The notes under the pieces are model-generated. The model was not told the DNA's origin. It did not search any database and worked only from the letters and a program-made list of their open reading frames with translations. A stretch of DNA of 64,000 nucleotides from Paraspadella gotoi (lineage: Eukaryota; Animalia; Chaetognatha), in NCBI GenBank assembly GCA_051294375.1, contig CM119270.1:17953710-18017709 (forward strand), written 5' to 3'. Made by a program: the position numbers and the translations under genes. The stretch's first letter is position 1, and every line of letters begins with the position of its first letter. Positions 24,901-37,100 of this stretch are shown here, piece after piece.

Positions 24901-27900
24901 TAGTAGTAGTGTAATGTGTTTGTTTTGTTGTTGCTTTGGGTTTTTTGTATTAATCGTATTATTGTTTCACTATATTTAAAATACTTTTTCTGCGATTTTA
25001 AAAAAATATTTAATAAAGATGAATATTAAACAATTAAATAAATAATAAACAAAAGTCACAAATGTTTTAAAATGCAGAGCTAAATAAAAGATAAATCAAT
25101 TTCTTGCCTAGGAAATTACAGAATGATGTTCACTTTTATACTGAATCAGTATTGCAAAGAATGCCAAGTTGTCTACACTGTTCATACTGCCTAGGGACAC
25201 AAACATATTAAAAAAAATATTACTTAAACGAGAATGTATATCTTTGTTGACGAAATAACAATAGCAAAACGAAGAAAAATTTAGTACTTAACTATTATAT
25301 ACTTTTGTATTGATTAGAATCTAAATTCAAAGACCTTTCTCGTTCCCCTTAAGAACTTTTCTTCCCCCCCATGTAGTTGGGCTGTCCCCCACGTAAATTG
25401 GGATGCCATCATTCTCGTTGCGTTGATATTATTGTAAAAGAGTATTATTTTCTGTGTAAGTGTCGAAATAAAACAAGTGTTAAGAGTTGTTTCGTATTCG
25501 GAAGTAGGAGAAAAATAAAATGTAATTTTTTTATTTTTTTTGTACGGAATTCGGTTTTCAGGCCTTTTTTTTATAAAAAATACTAACAGCTCTTCCGCTG
25601 TGTCGGCTGTTTTCTGAGAAAAGCAAAAACAAATAAAAACAAAATTAAATTAGAAACAAACGTTTCAAAAGTTTGTCTTTCTTTATCCCCTTTTTGTTTT
25701 GGATTTTAATCACCATATGTCCTTTTCTGAGAAGATTTTTGTGGGGTTCACGGAGGTTCTCGACCTTGCGGAATATTTATAACGATTGCAAAGCGTATTT
25801 GCACAAAGCGCTGAACTCGATATTGCTTAAAAAATAATGCTTTAATGCTTATGAAATGAATAATGAATAAGGCTTTAGAAAGAAAGTTAGCAGTATTTCG
25901 CATGATGACCCTTTAAAAACGCAGCTAGAATCATTTTTTATGCGTCTTTTATATTAATTGTATTTTAAATGTTATTGAGAAATAATCTTTTTTCTTTCAC
26001 ATTCAACAGAATTTAAATATTTTTTTTTTACAATTTGTCGCCAAACTCTCAACAAAACTATTTTGGACGGTTTTGTTCGGTGGGTGACTTTTAATTTTTA
26101 ACGGCAGGCCGTAATAAAGGCCACCGCTGTATACCATGCAGTTAAGCTTTTTTTTATTAATGTAGACGCACAGAAATGCACATAATGGTTCGATAAATCT
26201 ATTATAATGAAAAAAATTTTTCTTGTGAAAGAAAAAAAGAAAAAAAAGGGACGGAGCAGAATCGGCAAAAAAATTAATTTTATTACACGATTTCAATTAT
26301 TTAAAAATCCAAGCACCTGACTAAAATGTTCTCAAAACTTAAGCTATACAAAATAATACTTTTCTACACTTTTGTAATTGGCCTCTTTTTAAAAGCCAAA
26401 ATGATTTACACACATCGCGTTATTTTGAAAAGCAAAAAAAAAAAACAGAATCGCGCTTTAGTCCGCAAGTTAACCTAATAAGAAAAGCTTTTGTACAAGC
26501 TGACAAATCTCTTTTAAACGTTAATGTCTGTGTTTACACTGTTTGGAATCGCAGCTACAATGTAAAAATTGTCCGCCCAAAACTATTTTATGATCCTGAA
26601 AAACTCAGATCTTTTTTTAATTTTTCCTTCAAAAAAAAAAAGAAAATAAAAACCTACTTTTAATTTTGGCTGCCCAACAAAAATTTTTTCTCCACCTCCC
26701 CCTTTTTTTTGTTCAAAGCCTCAATGAATCACTCTCTCTCTCTTTCTCCTTCTCTCTTCTCTCTCTCTTCTCTTTAATCTTTCTCTCTCCTCTATCTCTC
26801 CCTTTTCCTTTTTTTCGCCTCCCTTTCTTCTAACGATATCTTTGACCTCGGCAAATGAAATAAGTAAGAGCGATGTTTATCTCGCCTCGGTTTGCCAAAC
26901 CTCCTTTTTTTTTTCATGGTTTCCAAGCGCCTAATATAATTCCCAAACAGTTTCCTATCTTTTTCAAGGGGTTCTATACCTTTCTCTCCTTAGCCCAAAG
27001 ACGTGAAAACTTATTTGGGAAGCCGATAATTTTAGATGCCATCTGTACAAAGCATAACTGATTATTTTTACATTTATTCTTCATTTATTATTCATTCATT
27101 TCATTTCATTCATTAATTTATTTATTTATTTATTTATTTATTTATTCTATTTATTTATTTATTATTTATTTATTTATTTATTATTATTTATTTTATTTAT
27201 TTATTTATTTATTTTTTATTTTATTCTTATTTATTTTTTTATTTTTTATATTTATTTTTTTATTTATTTTATTTATTATTATTTATTTTATTTATTTTTA
27301 TTTATTTATTTATTTAATTTATTTATTTTTTATTTCTCAATTATTTTTATAAATGCTAATTTTCATTAATTCACCATTATTCTCTTCATTCATTTCATGA
27401 TTCATTTCGATTCATTTATTTCATACGATTCATTCATTAAATCATTTGCTTAATTAGCTAATTTTTTATCAAACCGATTCTCTGAGCTGAACGCAAATAT
27501 TTTTTTCCGACTTGAGAATTTTCGAACTCCAAACGATTGGGCGTGTCTTGGCTGTGAACTTGGCGTTGACTGGCGTGAACTTGGCGCCATAAATTGGCGC
27601 TTGGTCATTGCTTCGCGCCGACGAGAAATCGTTTGGAATAAAATATTTAATTGCTTGCAGCCACATGAATGATAAAATTGAATACATTTCATGTCAAAAA
27701 CTAATACTGCGAGCTGCAATCTTTTAAGAGAAAAAAAAATAATTCTGATTGAGTAATAAGTACAGGTAAGCTTTGTAAAAAACTGGGTTTATTTCTATTG
27801 ACCGAAAACTGAGACATATGTAAAAACAACCAACAAGTAAAATTAGTATTGTAAAAAAAATACTTCTAGTATTTATAAGGAACGCTTAATTAAAAAATTA

Positions 27901-29944
27901 GTCTCTGTCTATTTAAGTAATATGAAAAGATAATTTTAATTTTGTTTTACCTTTAATAAATACAACAACATGTTTCTTGCTTAAAAAGCCAAAAACCCCC
28001 CCTTACCCTCCCCCCCCGTCGAGACCCCACCGTACCCCCAAATCCTGAAAAAAAAATCGCGCAGGAAGAAAACTGACTTTTTTTTTGAATAAAACCGTAA
28101 ATTAAAAATGAGAATATTCTTCTCGCCTTGAAACCTTTTTTTTTATTATTGTGGCAAAACAAAAAATCTTTTAAACAGCTCTAACTAACGAATTTCAAAA
28201 GGTTTTCCTCCATTTTTTCTTAGTAGTAGTTTTTAAACCTGGGTAGAATGAGAACAGGAAGATGACTTGACTCCGTTACGACTTTTTTTTCATAGTAGAA
28301 TTTAGATGTTATGAAATTGATGATACACAATATAAAATTATCCATTTCATTTTAATAAATTAAGGCTAATCTTGCCCCGTACCTTGACAGGCTTTGTGCT
28401 TTAAAAAAAAATAAACAACAAGAACAAAACCAACAACACTTACTTTTCCTAGAGACGTCCCACCCCCAATTTTTGATCCTAAATTAATTTTTATTTTAGT
28501 TAATTAAGTATGGTTAGCGTTTAGGTTTTGTTTAGATTAAGGTTTAGGTTTTAGGTTTAGGATTAGGTTAAAGAGTTTGGTTAAAAATTAGGGAAAAAGG
28601 TTTAGGGTTCTACGGTTAAAAATTTAAAACAATAACTATATATAAGTTAAAATATCAAAAGATTCAAAATTAAATCCCGGGATACGAAGGAACAAAATAG
28701 GGCGCTCTGGGAAAATAGAGCCATAGCTCTTACATTTCGCCTCCCCAACCATTCGTCCTACTCTACTGCGACTTAATCTCCTCATCCTCATCCCTCTTTC
28801 TCTCGTCTCTCTCTCTCTCTCTACTCTCTCTTTCCTCTCCCGTCCTTCAGACCCACGCTGAGATGTTGTCGTGTCACAACATGTTATCAATCTGGGTCGA
28901 CTCTGATTGCACATGGATTTCGCCGATCGTCGCCGCGTGTCTCGATCCCTCCTCTCCAGTTCCCAGCACTGAGGCTCGAGATGCGTGCAAATCCATCGCG
29001 ACATCCCCGAAACGCCTGCGATCGGCGTCGGCGGCGGGATCGGCGGCGGGTCGAGCGGCGTTCGACACGCGGCGAGGCGGCGAGGCGGCGGCGGAGATCG
29101 CGTCGCGGAGGGAGGGATCGTTCGAAGGGCCGGCGGCGGATGGAGGTGGGTGGGGTGGGGTGGGGGAGAAAAAAAGAAGAGAGAGGATCATGCGTCTTGC
29201 GGCGTCGTGAATAAGAAACTTCGACCGAACCCTGGCGCGAAAACGTCAACGGATTCCCTGGCGGTGGGTGGTAATTGATGGTGGTTTTGAATGTGGTGGT
29301 GGTGGCGGTGATCGTGGGTGGGGTGGTCGCCCTTTATTTTGAGTATCGAGGGAGAAAGTTGAGTTTTGGCGGAGTCTGTCCGTTGTTGTTGTTGTTGTTG
29401 TTTTCGTGGTTTTCGTTGTTGTTTTTCGCGTCGTCGGCCGTCAGCGAAACTGGGCGGCGAATGGGGAGGAAGGAGGGGAATAAGCCCGGCGGCGCTTAAC
29501 CGGCGCCAATCACCGTGCGCCAAACACCATCAACGCCGCGGCGTCGGCGTCCGACTTCGAAACGACCGCCGGAAGAAAGTCTTTTCTCTCGGTCGTCCGT
29601 CGTCGTCGTCTGTCGTCGTCGTGCCGGAACGGAATCGTAAGACGGAGGAGTAAAAGTTCGCGATCGGATTCGCCGGAATCTTTCCATTTTCCGGCAAATC
29701 CTCTTCCTCCTCTTCCTCATCCTCCTCCCCGGACCCTCTACTGCCCCGGAGACGTCCCGTGTCTCCCCGGTTCGCGTCCGCGTCGCGTCGTTTCTGGATG
29801 TCGGTCTCGCGGAGTGTCCAGACTCTCGATCGGCAAAGCATCGAGGAAAAGCTCGAGCCGTTGTTTGTCTGTTGTCGTCGTTTGTTGTGGGCGGGCGATT
29901 TGCGATCGGGGCGGCGGGGAAGAGTCGAGGAAGGCGAAGTAAGC
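21950..29944 (-). other. Gene A exons 2-7, redundant frameshifted copy 2
   Basis: Same exons and splice sites as copy 1, with independent indels. Confidence 0.75.
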
Positions 29945-30381
29945 CTATGGGTTTGGGAGTGAGGGTAGGGGTGTGTAGGGGAAAAAGAGGAGAGATGGGG
30001 GGAGCGACGGCTGGAGAAGTGGAGCGAGAAAGAGAGGAAGAGGGTGAAGCAAGGAGACGAAGAAGGGAAGAGAAGCATATACGAGCCGACAGAAAGAAAG
30101 AGGAGAGAGCAATGAGAAAGTCAGAAAAGAGAAAAGAAAAGAAGATAGAGGAGAGAGCAAAAGAGAAGAAAGGGTAAAGAAAGAAGAAAAAGGAATAAAA
30201 TAGAAAAATAATAAGATGAAAAAAAAAGAAAAAAAAGTTGCTCTCTCCTCTTTTCTTTCTTCCCTTATGCTTCTCTCCCTTCTCGTCTCTCTTCACCCTC
30301 TTCCTCTCTTTCTTCTCTCCCCGTCCCCCCCTCTCTCCTCTTTCCCCCTACACACCCCCTGACCCCACCCCCAACCCATAG

Positions 30382-31123
30382 CTACTTCGCCTTCCTCGAC
30401 TCTTCCCCGCGCCCCGATCGCAAATCGCCGCCCACAACAACAACGACGACAACGACAACAACGGCTCGAGCTTTTCTCTCGATGCTTTCGCCGATCGAGA
30501 GTCTGGACACTCCGGAGACCGACACGACGACGACGACGACGACGAACCGGGGAGACACGACGTCTCCGGGGAGTAGAGGGTCCGGGGAGGAGGATGAGGA
30601 AGAGGAGGAAGAGGATTTGCCGGAAATGGGAGATTCCGGCGAATCCGATTCCGCGACTTTTACTCCTCCGTCTTACGATTCCGTTCCGGCGACAACGACG
30701 ACGACGACGACGACGAGAGAAAAGGCTTTTCTTCCGGCGTCGTTCGAAGTCGACGCCGACGCCGCGGCGTTGATGGCGTGTTTGGCGCCGGTGATGGCGC
30801 CGGTAGCGCCGCCGGCTTATTCCCCTCCTTCCTCCCATTCGCCGCCCAGTTTCGCGACGGCGACGACGGAAAACAACAACGAAAACCACGAAAACAACAA
30901 CAACAACAACGGACAGACTCCGCCCAAAACTCAACTTCCTCCCTCGATACTCAAAGTAAAGGGCGACCACCCCACCCACGATCACCGCCACCACCACCAT
31001 TCAAACCACCATCCATACCACCCACCGCCAGGGAATCCTTTGACGTTTCGCCGCCAGGGTTCGGTCGAAGTTTCTATTCACGACGCCGCAGACGATGATC
31101 CTCTCTCTTCCTTTTTTCTCCCC
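30382..31123 (+). CDS. Gene A exon 2, 5' part, cleanest copy (inside inverted arm 30238-31123)
   Basis: cccatag|C TAC TTC GCC... stays open up to the gap and overlaps ORF 30482..31348; it is the reverse complement of ~7241-8000. Confidence 0.75.
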
Positions 31124-31148
31124 NNNNNNNNNNNNNNNNNNNNNNNNN
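31124..31148. other. Assembly gap, 25 N
   Basis: 25 N counted. Confidence 1.
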
Positions 31149-34100
31149 ACACCAGGGAGCTCCAGAACGAGCAAACGAGCAAGAGAGAGACGAGGACGGG
31201 GCCGAGACGAGAGACAGAGAGGCAGGACGCCCACTATAACACAGGGGCGCATGTGTATTTACCCACATCTTTCTTAATCTTTGTGACGTGCAAACAAAGG
31301 AGTTCTAAGACAAATAACGGTGGGGGCCATTACCCAAGGCAGAGGTAACCGGCTGACGTTCCATGAAGGCATATTCCGATAGGACAAGTTGCCTCCGCAC
31401 TCTTTACGTTTATTACTACACATAGTCATCGGCTCATTATTGACGTACTGGTCTTCGATGATTCGTTGTCGTAATCTGTTTCATCTGAAAGGAAGTACCC
31501 AATACCAACATACCCAAATGGCCAAATACCACAACTTCCAAATACCCAAATACCAATACCCCCAAATACCCAAATACTCAACATACCTTACGTCTTAACT
31601 TTGAATCATACAATTATACCATTTCTTTTTCGGGGACCACAGAGACCCGACAAGTATTCGTTTTCTAATCCGTCGGAAAGAAAAAAAACGAAAGAAGCAA
31701 CGCGTGATATGCTATTAATTACCAACATCTGTACAAAATTACCACATGAAACAAAAAAGAAAATAAAACTGAAATTGCGAGCGCCAATCTGCGTTGCCGC
31801 GAAGGGAAAAAGCACTGATCGATCCTGGTGTTTGTGTTGTGGCTCTTGTTTTTATTTGCTTCTCGCCTTTGGTATTTTTATATTTTGGTATTCGTTCGCA
31901 TGCGTTTGTCTGGATAACAAGAGAGAGAGTCAGAAAATCCGACAATATCAAATAAGATTTTTTTTTAAATAAAATCTATTGTCTTACAATGCGATTTTAA
32001 TGGTCTTCCATTGGGTGGCGTGGAGAGACTGGTAAGAAGACTGATTAAGTTGTATTTTTATCTAAAAAATAAAACCATTGTTTTTAGGTTTATAGTTTAG
32101 CACTGATAATATCAGTGCAGAGGCTCTGAAGGTTGGTATAAGAAGGATGAACTTTCAAATAAGTCAAGGTTTGGCTCACTTCCTTTTGGTTTACCACCAT
32201 GAAATACACGTAAAACGGAACGTTTTTTATAAAAACCACCTATCGTTTTTTTCCTTTTTTTTTCGATATAATCAATCTTGTTTAAAATCGAAAAAATAAA
32301 AAAAATTCGCTTTTTATCCCCACTAAGAACCCTTACTACCAAGGCAAATGATTCTTTGTTCGTTATTATTTGATTTTTTGAAAATATCATATTATTCCAA
32401 TCTTTATCATCTTTATTTCTACTTCTACTACACTATTTTTCAATCATGCACCGCAGCTTCTTCGGTCCTTATGATCAAGCTGTATGACGAGGATCGACGA
32501 GAACTATTTAAAAAAAAAAATCGGCTAAGCAAAATGTCACGCTGAGCGCAGATCAAAACGAGACTTTTTTGGGAAGACATTTTTGTTAGTTACGCAGCCA
32601 AGCGAACCCAGTGCCACCAGCCGAATATCGTATAAAGGAAAATCAAAAAAAGGACAAAAAGCCGCGATCTATCCACTTTTCCTGTACGGAACAGACACGC
32701 GCGGCTTCTCCTCGGGAGAAAACAACGAGGAACATCGGATTCGTCAAATCGTTAACTCGAGACTTGTTTATCGTATTACATGTAGCGGAAATTAGTATGT
32801 TTTTTTTTTCGATATTATTTCGTTATTATCGTGATAAATACTTAAATTGTCACATTAGACCTCAAACCTAAAAAAAATCATCAGAAAAAAATGAAAACCT
32901 AACGAAAAATACTTTAAGCTCATTATTATTCTCTCACTTTCCAAAATCACGTGATTGATTTTATTCACTGCGTTCACACTTCATATCTTTCCGGACACCG
33001 ATTGAGTCCGCGACATGTTCAACAATAATTCTCCATCTGCGCCCAGCGCAATGAATCCACAGAGAAAAACCTACGAAAGAAAAAAGTTAAGTAGAAAGAA
33101 AAAGCTGAATTAACTCAACAAGGCTTTTTGCTAGAATACAGCTCGTTCGTAAATTGAGTGTGAAAAATTCAATGTGAAAAAATAATAGTAAATATTAATA
33201 ATATACATGAAGGGAAAAAAATGGTAACCGAATACCAAATGGTATATATACACCTATTCGTCTATATATTTATCCATTCAAACTGCAAAAAAGGCAGTAA
33301 AATGTGTGTGAGACAAAAAAAAAAGCAAACACCTCACCATGTGAGCGATTCCTCTCTTTTTTGCTTGAAATGAAGTAAACACAAAATAAAGAACCCGCAA
33401 ATATATATAAAGACGAGATGCGTGCGAAACAAATACCTGGTGTGCGTGTGATTGTGGCGTCGAATGTGCCAGCGCTGCTTGTGAGAGCGTGGCCTCAGCG
33501 TGACCGTCGCCCTCACGAATTCCTTTCGTTTCAATTCCACTCTTTTTTTCCTCGTTTTTTTTTTGTGTGTGTATGAGTTTCTTTTTTTTATCTCCATACT
33601 CTGTATCTTTTTCTAAACTCTGTGACTATTATGAACTTCTTGGTATAGATCTGCTCTCTCTTCCTCAGGTTTTTTTTTCTCTTGTTGTTTCGCTTTTGAC
33701 CTTTTTGTTTTGTTATTTTCAAATCGCGACAACAGGGCCGGAACAAAGGGGCGAGCTTAATGTGCAGGCTTACGTTTCCTATTTTTCCATCTCGACTTCG
33801 GTCCAAAATTTTTTTGTTTTCGGCTTCCTTTTTTTTTCTCAAACCTGCGATCGACTCTCTGATTCGGACTTAACGGCGGCAACTGTTCGCAAAAACACAT
33901 ACTGACAAACTCTTCCCGGTTACGCACACTCATATACACCATATTCAGAAACTTTGAAATGACTCTTACTTTCCTCGTCTCTCATTTAGAAACTTTGGTC
34001 TCTCTTCATAAAAAACCGCGTTTGCAGGATCGACGCTCACAAAGTCGATATCTCAGCGGAGACCACAAACTAAAAAAAGAATATCCCATCGGTGGATACT

Positions 34101-37100
34101 AACAGTTTTTCCTCTTGTTAAAACCTTCCACTCTCTCTATTTTCTTTTTATTATTAGAAAATAAAAAACTGAAGTTAAATCGCGTTTACTAAATCTACTC
34201 AATCTTCTAGTTTCTAAATATATGTATATATATATATACGCAGATATAATGTTACAGTCAGAGAGTGAGAGGGAGCCGTTTTTTTCCCTCCCACTAAACA
34301 TCAAAAATAAAAAAAACAGTTTGAGCGGCTCAAACGGGAAGGCGAAAAGAGCTCCTCTAGTGGACATCCAACAAAATAACGTGTTCGGACGAAATTCTAA
34401 AGGGGAAAAAAGGGCCAACGAAAAAGGGGGGGAACTTTTAGTCTAGTTTTATTTTAAGGGCCGCACATACTTATAACTTTTCCGCGTTAGTCTTTATATC
34501 AATTATGATATATTGTCGTGAGTAGAAAAACAAGAACGCACCAGGAGATGAAAATATGATGGCGAGGACTGCGTCATAAAAAAAACCATTCCTTTTAGAA
34601 AAAAGATATTTTCGAAAAAAAATTAAGGAAATTTGGATTTTGGGTTTTTTCCCATTTTTTTAATTAAAAAGAATTTAAAAAAGGGTTTTGGAATCGCCAT
34701 GTTATGTATTAGCCTAATCGTACTTGGAAATGAAAACAGGGGGGAAAGGAGTATTTGTTATAAACTCCCGCGATTGCCTCATCGTCCTTTTAAACATTCT
34801 TTGATAATTTTACAAACAATCTCTCTCAGACTAATCATTCTTCTATTCATCACTCGTGACACGTTTTCAAATTATCATTCTTAGACTTATAAGTTATAAA
34901 ATACACCTCCCATATTGTGTTACGAAACAAATAAACCTATTAAGCATCCCTTAAGTTAAGTAGATGAGACGACGCTATCGAATCTCACTGGTGCTCCACA
35001 AGGATTGTGTTTTTTTGATTTTATTTTTTAATTTTTATATTAACCATATAGAAAATATGTTAACAAATATTTGAAAATACAAAAAAACTACATTATAAAA
35101 ATCCCTTGGCGTTACCCTGTACCTAGTCTCTTTTTCTTTCTTTCCCGAGATGAAATTCTCCTTAACCCAACCCAGGGGCATCTTCCTTTTTTTTTATTCA
35201 GGTACGTATTCTGGATTGAACTCAGGCACATATAAAGATGTAAGCGAATCTAGGTATAGGCGACAACACTTTGGCCAAGTGTAAAACTAAACTCATGGTA
35301 ATACTGAAAGATAAAAAAATAGATAACTAATCGGAAAATTTTGAACAATAACTGACAAGTCAAGAAAAGGCTGCAGTAAAGGAATGACTACAGCTCCATA
35401 CAATTGCTTTTATTATTTCTAATCCCGAGTTAAAAAAGTTCTTTTACATACCTTTTTTTTGGAAAAGAAGAACTTATTAACTCGGACGCAACTTTTATTT
35501 TAAGCATAATTAAGCTCTTATTTAATCCATTATAGTGCTATTCTTTATGTTTTTGGGGCAAGTCGCGGAGAGTTCTGGCAACTGTAGGACAGCGACTACT
35601 ACTGCACATTGTGTGAAGAGCAAGTACAAATACTAGTGTATGAGGATAACATACTGTGATTATTTTCTTTCTCACAACTGATTAGGTGCCGCGACATAAC
35701 TGGAAATCCAAGAAAGCAGGTCATGACCGAATTCTCTCTTTTTTTATTATATTATTCTTCTGACAGAAATGTCAAGAATTTTGTTTCATTGGATTTTTTG
35801 GTTTTTCGGAAAAAAAAAAACTGAGGAAAACATATTTTATCGGGTTTAAAACTTTTACGCCTAACTACAATATTGACACAGATTACTAAAAAAATCTAAC
35901 AAATAATTAGAAAAAAAAAGAGAACATTAATTTAGTTTTGCAAAAAATCTGACATGGAAGCGACTAGTAAAGTTGCACTGGTTGCAGCGATCGCTCCAAA
36001 AGACAATGTCAAATTATTTGAACAATATCTTGAGCATTTTTTTTTCCTTTTTGGACGAAAAAAAAAACTAAAGAAAACTTAAAGTACGAATGAGAGAGAG
36101 AGAGAGAGTCAGTGTCAGAGGGAGACAAAAAAAATAGTAAATTCGTGAAAAAAAAAAGAAAAAAGAAGGAAACAAGATATTCCAGCTTTGAAAAAACCAA
36201 TCAGGGCGACGACACTCGTACATTTAGTTTTTTTGTTTGTTTTTTTTTGGATGGGATATTTTTTGTTTTCTTTTTATTTTTGCTCTTTTTTTATTAGTCT
36301 TATCTTTACAACGTTCGTATTTTTTTTTTAAACATCAACGCGTTAGATTATTTAAGAGAAAACAATTTTCTTCATTGTTTCAGGGATTGTGTGGTTTAGT
36401 TTTTTTTTTTTAAAGATACAATGATGAAAGTCAACACGTTGCTGTAACATATCTTGGACGTAAAACAAAATTAACACAGATGATTTTTCCCTCTACGGGT
36501 GTGAATAAGTCGCATGAGACTTTGGGAGACAACAGCTTACAACAAGCGCTTCCAAATTATTAGTAAAAAACTATGGTCCCCGTCTTTTTTTTCAATTTTT
36601 TTTGAATCGATGGTGGAAACTAAAGATTAGATTTGAAGTCAACTGAAGAAATTATACGACTTATGAAAAGCTGTTTTTTTCGTTTTGGCCACTGAATGTT
36701 TCTGTACGTGATAAAGAAAAACTCGGTTTTGTTATTTGAAGATACAAAAAAAAAGGGGGGTAAATAAAGACATTAGTTAAAAGTTACTTCTGAAAAGAGA
36801 ACATACATCTGAACAAAAAAAATGTACATATATGTTTTTCGGGATCCATCGTTAAATCTTGTATCTGTTTTCAAATAACCGAAGATGGGTTAATGCACTT
36901 TTATCGGATATCCAGCGATATGCAGGTCACGTTTTGTTTTTTTTTTTTTTAGTCGTTCGTCTCCACCTCTTGAAACCAGAAAAATTCCTACATCTACAAA
37001 CTCTAACAGGTGATATATAAATAACTCATCTAAATTAAAAAAATACTACTGTGCAAGAGTAGGCAAATCAAAGCAGCTCCTTCGACTCACTGTGAGAAAC

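Larger units (their letters stand above)
14010..30237 (+). repeat. Copy 2 of the repeated locus (3' flank of gene A plus exons 7 to 2)
   Basis: 14010-18430 appears identical to 31149-35569 (offset 17139, identical ORF translations); ~21755-30237 is collinear with 1-~8265. Confidence 0.95.
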
